Shown one piece after another: positions 56,662-64,000 of a stretch of DNA of 64,000 nt. The first letter of the stretch is position 1. Each line of letters opens with the position of its first letter. Source of the stretch: Chloroflexota bacterium (lineage in GTDB: Bacteria > Chloroflexota > Anaerolineae > UBA4142). The DNA lies in the NCBI GenBank assembly GCA_016219275.1, contig JACRBM010000039.1, positions 24,751 to 88,750 of the forward strand. Reading direction: 5' to 3'. Under the pieces are notes generated by a model. That model worked only from the letters and a program-made list of their open reading frames with translations. It did not search any database and had not been told where the DNA came from. The position numbers and the translations under genes were made by a program.

Positions 56662-57792
56662 TCACGGCTTTGGATACACCTGGACGAACGCGCCTTCCTT
56701 CACCTGGAACACAAACACGCGTTGCTCTTTCAAATCGCCGCTCGCATCATAATTCACCTTGCCAACGAGCGTCGCCAGATCGAGCGCGCGGATCGCGTCC
56801 GCGACGCGCGCGGCGTCGAGCGTGTTCGCTTTCTTCACACCTTCGGCGAGGACTGCCATCGCCGCATAACCTGGAACGCTGTACGTGTCTGGGTTGCGTG
56901 ATTCGACTTTTTGGTAATCGCTCCACCACGCCTTGTCGCCGACGATTTTCGGATCGGGCGAAATCGCGCCGACGTACGTGCCTTCGCTCGCGGGCGCGGC
57001 TTCGTCCACGTACGTCGAGTTAAAGCATCCATCCGAGCAAATGAATTTCGCGTTGATGCCGGCGTCGCGCAATTCGGGAAGCAAGACCATGCCTTCGGTT
57101 TCATAGCCCGCAAGGAAAACGACATCGGGTTGCGCGTTCTTGATCTGCGGAATGAATTTCGCGTACGTCGTTTGCGCTTCGGGAATTTTCACGACGGCGG
57201 CAGGCGTGATGTTGAGCGACTTGAACGCGTTCGCCATTTGATCGCGCAGACCATTGCCGTACTCATTGTCCGCGTGAACGACGACGACACGCTTGCCGCC
57301 AAGTTGCTCGACGATGAATTTGGCGAGCGCGGGCGCTTGCGCGGCATCGGTCGCGTTGACACGGAAAAAGTTGCGATACCCTTGCTTGGTCAGCGACACT
57401 TCGGACGCGGTCGGCGTGATGACGATGAGCGGCAAATCTTTATAGACTTGCATCGCGGCGAGCGTTTGCCCGCTGTTCAAGTGACCGATTACGCCGATCA
57501 CTTTTTTGCCTTGCTTGATCGCGTCCGCGATTTCCTTCGCCTTGTCCGCCGCGACATCCGAGTCCGCTTGATCGTCCAAGCCGATCACCTTGACGGTGTA
57601 GCCGAGCAGACCGCCCTGGCGATTGAGTTGGTCCGCCATCGTGCGCGCGCCGCCGACGACGGTTTGTCCGCCGTTCGCCTGCCAGCCGGACAACGGCGCG
57701 ACCGCGTAGACGATGACTTCGCCGCGCGGGGCGGTGGTGCAGGCGGTGGCAATGAGCGCGAGAAGCGCGAGTGTAATTATACATGTCTTCAT
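56662..57792 (-). CDS. ABC transporter substrate-binding lipoprotein, branched-chain amino acid type (Peripla_BP_6)
   Basis: It has a lipobox LIATAC and the LivK-family fold pattern. No permease genes are adjacent. Confidence 0.7.
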   Translation of the reverse strand: MKTCIITLALLALIATACTTAPRGEVIVYAVAPLSGWQANGGQTVVGGARTMADQLNRQGGLLGYTVKVIGLDDQADSDVAADKAKEIADAIKQGKKVIGVIGHLNSGQTLAAMQVYKDLPLIVITPTASEVSLTKQGYRNFFRVNATDAAQAPALAKFIVEQLGGKRVVVVHADNEYGNGLRDQMANAFKSLNITPAAVVKIPEAQTTYAKFIPQIKNAQPDVVFLAGYETEGMVLLPELRDAGINAKFICSDGCFNSTYVDEAAPASEGTYVGAISPDPKIVGDKAWWSDYQKVESRNPDTYSVPGYAAMAVLAEGVKKANTLDAARVADAIRALDLATLVGKVNYDASGDLKEQRVFVFQVKEGAFVQVYPKP

Positions 57793-57868
57793 TCGTATCT
57801 CCAGACAATCATGTAATATTTGGCAATTATCCAAATCTTATAGGATTTGAAAGTAACGCGTGAACTAC

Positions 57869-58741
57869 TCATCTCTCCTCTTTCGCTTCTGGCAATTCAA
57901 CCTTATATCCATATGCTTTCCATTTTTCAATGACAAATTCTTTGAAACCAGGAACCGGTCGTGAATTGCAGACAATTGCTAAATCTTTGCCTGACTTGGA
58001 ATAAAGAACGTACCCTGTAGAAATCTCATTATTTTCCGGTTTGGGTAATTCCAAATTAACCTGTTCTTGATAATAAAACATTGTGACTTTTTGTGGTAGT
58101 CCGTCTTGCATGTACCCCACAGCCTCGTACGAAATTAGTCCGAGATCGTCTAAATGTCTCAACCCATCAAATGTTATTCCGGCATCTTTGTAAATTGTTG
58201 ATTGGGCATTTTTATCGTAGATCAAAGGTATGGTATCACCCACATTCCAAACGAATGAACAAAGGCTTGAAAAAAGTTCCGCATCTGATTTATCAAGAGA
58301 TGCTAAGAGGTTGACAGTTCGCTTTGAAAATTTACCAGGAGAATTCGCTTCGCCCGCAAGTATCTTTGCCCAGATCTGTTGCATCTCATCATCAGAGACC
58401 AAACGACATCTATCGAAGAAATTTGTAATCCAGTCATCTTCGATTTCTCGAGGCCGCGCATCTTCTCGCACCCCTAAAAGGGCTTTTCGCGTAATTGTCT
58501 CAATGTTGTCTTGTTTCTTGGCTTCTTCAATCAGAAATCGATGCAACGCGCGTCGTTGCAGATCGGTAATCTCAATTTGCGAGGCTACTTTAATCTTCTC
58601 AGCGTGCGCTTCTGCTTCTGCAACCCTTCGAATCTGATACGGTCGAAAGATTCCACCAACTGCATCCGAAATTTTCTCGATCAAGACTGTAGCTGGTTTA
58701 GAAATCTCACCAATATTTATGAGTGCATTATTGTCCGACAT
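57869..58741 (-). CDS. Hypothetical protein in low-GC island (DUF2806/abortive-infection-like, tentative)
   Basis: It is 290 aa and codes in a ~40% GC segment against a ~62% GC background. It is cytoplasmic and helical. Its family resemblance is from memory only. Confidence 0.5.
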   Translation of the reverse strand: MSDNNALINIGEISKPATVLIEKISDAVGGIFRPYQIRRVAEAEAHAEKIKVASQIEITDLQRRALHRFLIEEAKKQDNIETITRKALLGVREDARPREIEDDWITNFFDRCRLVSDDEMQQIWAKILAGEANSPGKFSKRTVNLLASLDKSDAELFSSLCSFVWNVGDTIPLIYDKNAQSTIYKDAGITFDGLRHLDDLGLISYEAVGYMQDGLPQKVTMFYYQEQVNLELPKPENNEISTGYVLYSKSGKDLAIVCNSRPVPGFKEFVIEKWKAYGYKVELPEAKEER

Positions 58742-58815
58742 GGGTTGCGTCTCCTTTTAGGAATTGTTTCACACAAATAGCAAAGTGTCTTTTTACTTTT
58801 CACTTCCCCCGATAC

Positions 58816-58898
58816 ACCTCATCCATCGCGCCTTGCAACTCGTTCAACTTCGCGACCTGGTCGGCAATGTCATCGCGCAAGCGTTGCGCGCGGCTGTC
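58816..58898. repeat. 83-bp direct repeat copy A (duplicate of 3' end of gene 59753..60565)
   Basis: It has 81 of 83 identities with 59772..59854. Confidence 0.85.
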
Positions 58899-58915
58899 TG
58901 CGCCTCTCGTCATTT

Positions 58916-59506
58916 CTACTTTGCCTCTTTCAACACACGTTCCAACAAATCTGTGACGCCAAGTTGAGTTGACCATTGGCGCAAATAATCCAAATCCAAG
59001 CGCGCACCTTGCATCTTGACCACACCCAGCACATCGCGCCATTGCCGTTCCGATGTTTCGCCACCCAGCCGATACCATTCCAGTTTCGACAGAATCGTGT
59101 CCTCGGCGCTGGCGATGAACGCCGTGCGTTCGGGTTCGGTCGCGACGATTTGAGCCACGCGGCGCGCGAATTGCGCTTTATCATACGGGCGATTTTTTTG
59201 CGCGAACACGTCAACCTTGAACATCGTTTCCATGTGAATTGCATTGAAACTGCGTTGATGCTTCACCGCGTCACGAATCGCTTCCGCGTCCACATAGAAT
59301 GCACCAGAAAGAGCACGCGCGAGCGGCTCGGCATGTTCCAAACGCAAATCTGCGACCAGGTCTGCATCCATCGTCGAGCGCGGTTCGCCGTACACCGCGC
59401 TGGCAAGCGATCCGCCAATCAGATAACGCACTCCCAGTTTTTCGAGCGCTTCAATTACCAACAGAGTAACCGCAATCGGTTCAGTGATCATAATGACCTT
59501 CGCCAT
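58916..59506 (-). CDS. Minimal nucleotidyltransferase (Pol-beta superfamily; MNT/TA-toxin-antitoxin type)
   Basis: It has a GGSLASAVYGEPRSTMDADL motif (G[GS]x9-13Dx[DE]) and is 196 aa. Confidence 0.65.
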   Translation of the reverse strand: MAKVIMITEPIAVTLLVIEALEKLGVRYLIGGSLASAVYGEPRSTMDADLVADLRLEHAEPLARALSGAFYVDAEAIRDAVKHQRSFNAIHMETMFKVDVFAQKNRPYDKAQFARRVAQIVATEPERTAFIASAEDTILSKLEWYRLGGETSERQWRDVLGVVKMQGARLDLDYLRQWSTQLGVTDLLERVLKEAK

Positions 59507-59735
59507 ACACTCGCGCGGCAAGTTTCTCGCCCAGCAACAAATCTGCCAAACGTCGCTGCAGTTCGGCATCGGATGCGTCCGGATAGCGTTCTCGCAAACC
59601 TGCGAGTGCGAGCATCCGCACGGTTTGATTCAGCTCGCCAACCATTTCCATTTTGCGCCACGATGGTGCGCGGCGGAGCAATTCGATTTGCACGCGTTCC
59701 GCTTCGGTTGTGGTGTCTGCGGATAGTGTACTCAC
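59481..59735 (-). CDS. Small partner protein of the nucleotidyltransferase (putative HEPN-like/antitoxin-toxin partner)
   Basis: It is 84 aa, overlaps the NTase start by 26 nt, and has a C-terminal RVYGEGH (Rx5H). Confidence 0.4.
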   Translation of the reverse strand: MSTLSADTTTEAERVQIELLRRAPSWRKMEMVGELNQTVRMLALAGLRERYPDASDAELQRRLADLLLGEKLAARVYGEGHYDH

Positions 59736-59752
59736 TTTTTACTTTCGCCTCT

Positions 59753-60565
59753 TCACTTTTTACTTGCGTAGACCTCATCCATCGCGCCTTGCAACTCGTT
59801 CAACTTCGCGACCTGGTCGGCGATGTCATCGCGCAAACGTTGCGCGCGGCTGTCGGCAACATCGTCTTTCGAGCGAATCAACATCAACTGCGAATACACC
59901 GTGCCGAGGGCGGTCAGCGTCGCGTCGAGTTGCAGTTCTGCGCGTTCCATCGTTTGTTGCAACTGGTCGAGATTTTCTACTTGCGCGCGTTTCGATTCGA
60001 GCGCGTGCCGCGCTTGCTCGCGCACCGCGTCGTCATCTTCGCGCGCCACCCGTTCCATCAGTTCCCTGATTTCCCGCGGCGCGCTTTTCGCGTCGTGCTT
60101 GATGATCTCATCGCGCTCGAAATCATCCAGCCGCTGCGCCAATCGAAAAATCTGCGCGATCCAATTCGCGATGCCGGTCGTCGAATCTTGCAAGTGCTCG
60201 CGCAGAATGCCTTGCTCGCTATTGCGAATCGTCGCTTCGATGCGCTTACGATAATCGAGCGCGCGTTCGACGGAGGCGCGTAGTTTCTGCGTTTGAATGC
60301 TCGCGGGATTGAATTCCTCGCGAAACATTTCCGCGACGACTTGCGCGCCGGTGTTCACATCTTGAATGCTCGTAACGATGATCGCGATTTCCGCGACCGC
60401 GCCGATGATGAGCCAGTACCACCACTGCCACCATTCGAAGGGACGCGGCACAAAGTACGCGAGCAGAATCGTCAATGCAATCGTCGCCGCGCTTTCGAAA
60501 CGAAAGATCGCGTGCGTGATGATCGCGCTCGTGGCGCGGGTGCGGATGGGAGTATTTTTCGACAT
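59753..60565 (-). CDS. Two-TM membrane protein with long cytoplasmic coiled-coil (XpaC/TelA-like), partner of flotillin gene
   Basis: It has two N-terminal TM helices followed by a charged, heptad-rich region. Its last 27 codons are duplicated at 58816..58898. Confidence 0.5.
   Translation of the reverse strand: MSKNTPIRTRATSAIITHAIFRFESAATIALTILLAYFVPRPFEWWQWWYWLIIGAVAEIAIIVTSIQDVNTGAQVVAEMFREEFNPASIQTQKLRASVERALDYRKRIEATIRNSEQGILREHLQDSTTGIANWIAQIFRLAQRLDDFERDEIIKHDAKSAPREIRELMERVAREDDDAVREQARHALESKRAQVENLDQLQQTMERAELQLDATLTALGTVYSQLMLIRSKDDVADSRAQRLRDDIADQVAKLNELQGAMDEVYASKK
59772..59854. repeat. 83-bp direct repeat copy B (native 3' end of XpaC-like gene)
   Basis: It has 81 of 83 identities with 58816..58898. 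Confidence 0.85.
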
Positions 60566-60678
60566 ATTTTATCTGCGAAGCGAATCCACGCTAATTCTTA
60601 TCGCCCACGAAGAGCACGAAGGACACGAAAAAATCTTTGTGCGCCTTCGTGCCCTTCGTGGGCAGAATATTTTCTGGG

Positions 60679-60711
60679 TTTATCCGCGTTCGTCCGCGTT
60701 TGTCCGCGTCC
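60679..60711. repeat. Repeat family C half copy (tttatccgcgttcgtccgcgtttgtccgcgtcc)
   Basis: It has only the right arm. Confidence 0.6.
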
Positions 60712-60713
60712 GA

Positions 60714-62696
60714 TTATTTGGTCTCGTCCTTTTTCTCCGACTTCAAACTCTGCCGAATCTGTTCGCGCAGGGCTTCGGCTTCTGGCGAACGTTGTACATC
60801 CTGGGTCGCCGAGACGCCCATTCGCTCGGACAACAAGAGCGCCATCAGTCCTTCCATCACGTTGCCCGTGCCGCCTTGCTTGCCGTCGCCGCCGCCGATC
60901 AACACGCGCGGCACCACATCCACACGCGATTGTTGAATCGCTTCGGCGAAGCGATTGAGCACGGTTTGCGTAACCTGGAATTGCGGTCCGCCGTACGCGC
61001 GCACTTGCTCTTCGGTCGCCAATGCTTGCGCGATACCGATGCGCGCAACTTTTTCCGATTCGGCTTCGGCGAGCGTGCGAATCTGCGCGGCTTGTTGCAC
61101 CGCACGTTGATACTCGGCTTTACCCTGGTTCGATTGCACCGTGATGCTCAACTCGGACTCGGTGATGTGCTTTTGCATTTCCGCGCGCGCCTGCGCCTCG
61201 CGCAGTTCGCGTTCCTTCACCGCCGCGGTTTCTTGCCGACCGTACGTCTCGACCTGTTCCGTCGCGACCTGGCGCGAGCGCAACTGCATCAAAATCGTTT
61301 CGATTTGTTGATCGCCCACAGGCGGCGCGGGTGTGCCGATCAGCACTTCTTCGAGTTGGAGATTGTAATGCGTAAATTTTTCCTGCATCTCCTGACTCGC
61401 GATTTGCTGAATCACACTGCGTTCTTGGATGAGTTGAATCAGCGTCCGCGTCTGTCCGATATTCTTAAAGTACGCCGAGACCATCGGATCGAGGGTTTGT
61501 TCGACGAGTCGCTTGATGTCGCCAAAGCGTTGAATCACGAGCGGCGCTTTTTGATAATCAATGTGAATCACGACCGACAAAGGCAGAGACGGTTCGAACG
61601 CGTCTTTGGTGATGAGCGAAACTTCGGACAAGTTTTCATCGAGCCGATGCGAGCCGACTTCGCTCCGAATCCATTTCAAGATGATGTTCGTCGTCGGCAC
61701 CATAATCACTTTGCCGGCATACGTGTTGAACGCGTACTTGCCCGGCATCAGCGCTTCGCTCCACACACCGCGCTTGCCCCGTTGCACCATTTCGCCGTGC
61801 CGATATTCTTTGCCGGACAAATCCTCGCCCTGTTCGCCGGTGTACGATACGACGACGCCGACCGTACCAACCTCGACAATCGTTTTCTTGATCATCTCGA
61901 CAGTCGCGAACAAACGATTGACATAGTACGTACCTTCGACCATCACCTGCAACTGGCGTCCGCGAAAACCGTTTGCCGCCAAGAATTTATCCGCGTCCTG
62001 AAAATTGTTGTGATACGTGTCCGCATTGGTTGGCTTATCGCCCACAACCGGCGCGATGATTTCACCTTGCGGCAGGGAGACCCCATCGTGCACGGTAACG
62101 ATGCCAACCATGTCGTCGGTGTCTTTGATGACGACCGGACGAAAACCGTCGCGTTCGGCGATGACCTCTGCCATTTTGCGAATGACATCGGCTTCATCGC
62201 GATTGAGCGGCAGAGAAAAGACGCGCTCGTCGGTGATGACGACGAATTGCATCAGGTTGATCGCGTACGTCCCTTCACGCAAAATTCTCCGTTGCGGACC
62301 GCGTTGCCCGCCGTTTGCGAGAAACGCTTCGACATCCTGGAAATCGCTGACGATCGCGTTCGATGCGAGAACCTGGGTCGGATCGAGTTGCTTGCCGTCG
62401 CGCGCAAAGATGTAACCGATCTTGCCTTGTGGAATCGTCACGAGCGGCGCGATGTGAACGTGGTACTGAATCGGCATCAGGTAATGCAAACCGCCGCGCA
62501 AGACGTGCGATTGAAAACCGGCTTCGCCATTCAGCGCGATAAACCCGGACTTGATCGAACCCTTGCCGCTGAAACGTTTTTCGACGATGCCGATGCGACT
62601 GTTCGAGATGAAACGAAACCCGGACAGCGCGATCAAAATCACGAGCACGAACACGATCACCAACACAAAACCGAGTAGTGAGAGGACGATGTTCAT
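60714..62696 (-). CDS. Flotillin/SPFH (band 7) family protein (YqiK/FloT-like)
   Basis: It has an N-terminal TM, an SPFH domain and a long Ala/Glu/Gln-rich flotillin coiled-coil. Confidence 0.85.
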   Translation of the reverse strand: MNIVLSLLGFVLVIVFVLVILIALSGFRFISNSRIGIVEKRFSGKGSIKSGFIALNGEAGFQSHVLRGGLHYLMPIQYHVHIAPLVTIPQGKIGYIFARDGKQLDPTQVLASNAIVSDFQDVEAFLANGGQRGPQRRILREGTYAINLMQFVVITDERVFSLPLNRDEADVIRKMAEVIAERDGFRPVVIKDTDDMVGIVTVHDGVSLPQGEIIAPVVGDKPTNADTYHNNFQDADKFLAANGFRGRQLQVMVEGTYYVNRLFATVEMIKKTIVEVGTVGVVVSYTGEQGEDLSGKEYRHGEMVQRGKRGVWSEALMPGKYAFNTYAGKVIMVPTTNIILKWIRSEVGSHRLDENLSEVSLITKDAFEPSLPLSVVIHIDYQKAPLVIQRFGDIKRLVEQTLDPMVSAYFKNIGQTRTLIQLIQERSVIQQIASQEMQEKFTHYNLQLEEVLIGTPAPPVGDQQIETILMQLRSRQVATEQVETYGRQETAAVKERELREAQARAEMQKHITESELSITVQSNQGKAEYQRAVQQAAQIRTLAEAESEKVARIGIAQALATEEQVRAYGGPQFQVTQTVLNRFAEAIQQSRVDVVPRVLIGGGDGKQGGTGNVMEGLMALLLSERMGVSATQDVQRSPEAEALREQIRQSLKSEKKDETK

Positions 62697-62740
62697 AGTT
62701 TCCTTTCATGTGATGCGGACGAGCCGTCCGCCCTACAAAC

Positions 62741-64000
62741 CTAAAAGTACGTTGATAGAATTTTGTACAACTTGCGAATCGTCTCTGGGTCCGCGCGGCG
62801 CGAGAAACCGCCGGTGACTTCGGCGAGCGCGTTCAGCGCGTTGAAATCCGCGTCGTTGCCGTACGCAATGCTAAAGATAATGACCGGCACGCCACTTTGA
62901 TTGCCGCGCCGAATTTTCTGCACGAGCGCGTTGGTGTTGGTGGACGACGCGTTTTCGATGCCGTCCGTCATCGCGACAATCGCGTTGATGCGCTCCTTGT
63001 CGCCGCGTTTTTGGAGATCATCGTACGCGAACGCGACCGCGTCGAGGAGCGCGGTGCGTCCGTCCGCTTTGAACGCGCCAACGCGATTTTTGAGCGCGAC
63101 GCGTTGCGTCCCAATGTCTTGAAGCGCGACCGTGCCGTAAACGCTCGACGCGAATGGGACAAGTCCCACGCGATCGCGATCACCTTGAATCTGATCCAGA
63201 AAAGTGGAAAGAGCATCTTGCGCCTGCCCAAGTTTGTTTTGCTCGCCCATACTGCCCGACGTATCCACGACGAGCAAAATGTTCGCCGGTCGCTTGGCGA
63301 GCAACCAAGATGCTTGGACTGATTCGATGACCGCCGCGTTCGGCATTTGCAGCGTCGTTTGCGGTTGCGCGGGATCAACGCCATTCTGCGTTTTGATCGG
63401 TGACGCCGGATCGTCAAGTCGCAATCCCAGGTCTACCGGACGATAACCGGATTGCAAAACCAATTTTTGAATTTCCGGCGACAGCAAGAAATCGCGGAAA
63501 CGGCGATAGGTCAAGCGTTGATCGTCGGTCAGCCCAGGTTGTTCGAGCAACGCGAGCGGATGGTCTTGCCACAAGGTTCCTTCGACCGGATAAATCGCGA
63601 CGAGTTTGGTCGAAGATTTGGAATTGAAATAGATCACCAATCGCTCGGATACGACGAACGCATCGAGATAACTCCGTCCCTTGGACAAGACCTGGTCAAT
63701 CGTCGCTTGCTCGCCCTCGCCGTAATAGCGCACCGTCTTTTCGAGTGCGTTCACGTAATCGAGCGTCGCGCGATTCTTGACATCTTCTTCGGTCAGCGCG
63801 CGCGTCTTGTTCGCGCCTGCATAAAATTCGGCGAGCGTCGCGAGCAAGCCACTTGCGGAACTGGTCGAGGGATGGCTCCACTTGAAGTTGGGATCGTTTT
63901 TCGCTTTCGCCAGCAAATCGAGCCAGCCGATTTGTTTTTGCGGATAACCGAGCGATTGCGCGACATCGTTCCACATCGCGATCACAACCGGCGTCACGGC
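62741..64000 (-). CDS. von Willebrand factor type A domain protein with N-terminal substrate-binding-like domain, 5'-truncated by window edge
   Basis: It has a VWA MIDAS motif (LLVVDTSGSMG...TAL..A). The ORF runs off the window end. Confidence 0.7.
   Translation of the reverse strand, partial: AVTPVVIAMWNDVAQSLGYPQKQIGWLDLLAKAKNDPNFKWSHPSTSSASGLLATLAEFYAGANKTRALTEEDVKNRATLDYVNALEKTVRYYGEGEQATIDQVLSKGRSYLDAFVVSERLVIYFNSKSSTKLVAIYPVEGTLWQDHPLALLEQPGLTDDQRLTYRRFRDFLLSPEIQKLVLQSGYRPVDLGLRLDDPASPIKTQNGVDPAQPQTTLQMPNAAVIESVQASWLLAKRPANILLVVDTSGSMGEQNKLGQAQDALSTFLDQIQGDRDRVGLVPFASSVYGTVALQDIGTQRVALKNRVGAFKADGRTALLDAVAFAYDDLQKRGDKERINAIVAMTDGIENASSTNTNALVQKIRRGNQSGVPVIIFSIAYGNDADFNALNALAEVTGGFSRRADPETIRKLYKILSTYF

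Noticed and set aside
58800-59078. 92-aa ORF as a gene
   Set aside because: Only its last ~27 codons are meaningful. They are the duplicated 3' end of gene 59753..60565 created by the direct repeat, and the rest overlaps the nucleotidyltransferase gene, so it is most likely a pseudogene remnant.

Overview
This is a high-GC (~62%) bacterial chromosomal window, densely coding on both strands, with about 62 supportable protein genes and no rRNA, tRNA or CRISPR that I can detect. Gene content (triple GT39/PMT-like glycosyltransferases, YfhO, NrfHA, many short palindromic repeats) suggests a Chloroflexota-like organism, but that is inference only.

Main functional blocks, in order:
- Molybdo-enzyme theme: the 3' part of a xanthine-dehydrogenase-family large subunit plus FAD subunit, then xdhC and a mocA-like gene that are translationally coupled; a Tat-signal 4Fe-4S protein and a b-type cytochrome stand nearby.
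- Candidate envelope-glycosylation operon: three tandem GT39 (PMT/ArnT-like) membrane glycosyltransferases, a DUF4352-like protein and a YfhO-family protein, all on one strand.
- Cytochrome c maturation accessories: a TlpA-like thioredoxin and a CcmH-like protein.
- ECF sigma / anti-sigma pair, an amidohydrolase, and a JAMM/MPN protein translationally coupled to a URO-D-family protein.
- nrfH-nrfA nitrite reductase next to a NifX-like/DUF465 pair and an iscA-like/moaA/ArsR-like-regulator operon.
- A tandem NUDIX pair and a gnd plus HIBADH-like pair.
- A putative sugar-phosphate catabolic cluster: LacI, UlaE-like epimerase, KGPDC/HPS, LarA-like protein, ROK kinase.
- A secreted beta-helix plus FG-GAP propeller pair, two orphan substrate-binding proteins, and an XpaC-like/flotillin/vWA module.

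Things worth a second look:
- A low-GC (~40%) gene, possibly DUF2806/Abi-like, sits next to a nucleotidyltransferase/small-partner (TA/MNT-HEPN-like) pair. That pair is bracketed by an 83-bp direct repeat which duplicates the 3' end of the neighbouring membrane-protein gene. This is the best candidate for a horizontally acquired defence/addiction cassette.
- At least four families of short intergenic repeats occur in multiple copies: a nested-inverted-repeat GTCATTGCGAG...CTCGCAATGAC element, a TTTTCGATTTGCGATTT element placed immediately after stop codons, a MITE-like GGACGCGGAT...ATCCGCGTCC element, and (CAGTGNN)n heptamer arrays.
- Two of these repeat types have inserted in-frame into the YfhO-family gene (one CAGTGNN heptamer array, one novel palindrome not otherwise seen), including a 7-bp-unit array that could act as a slippage switch.
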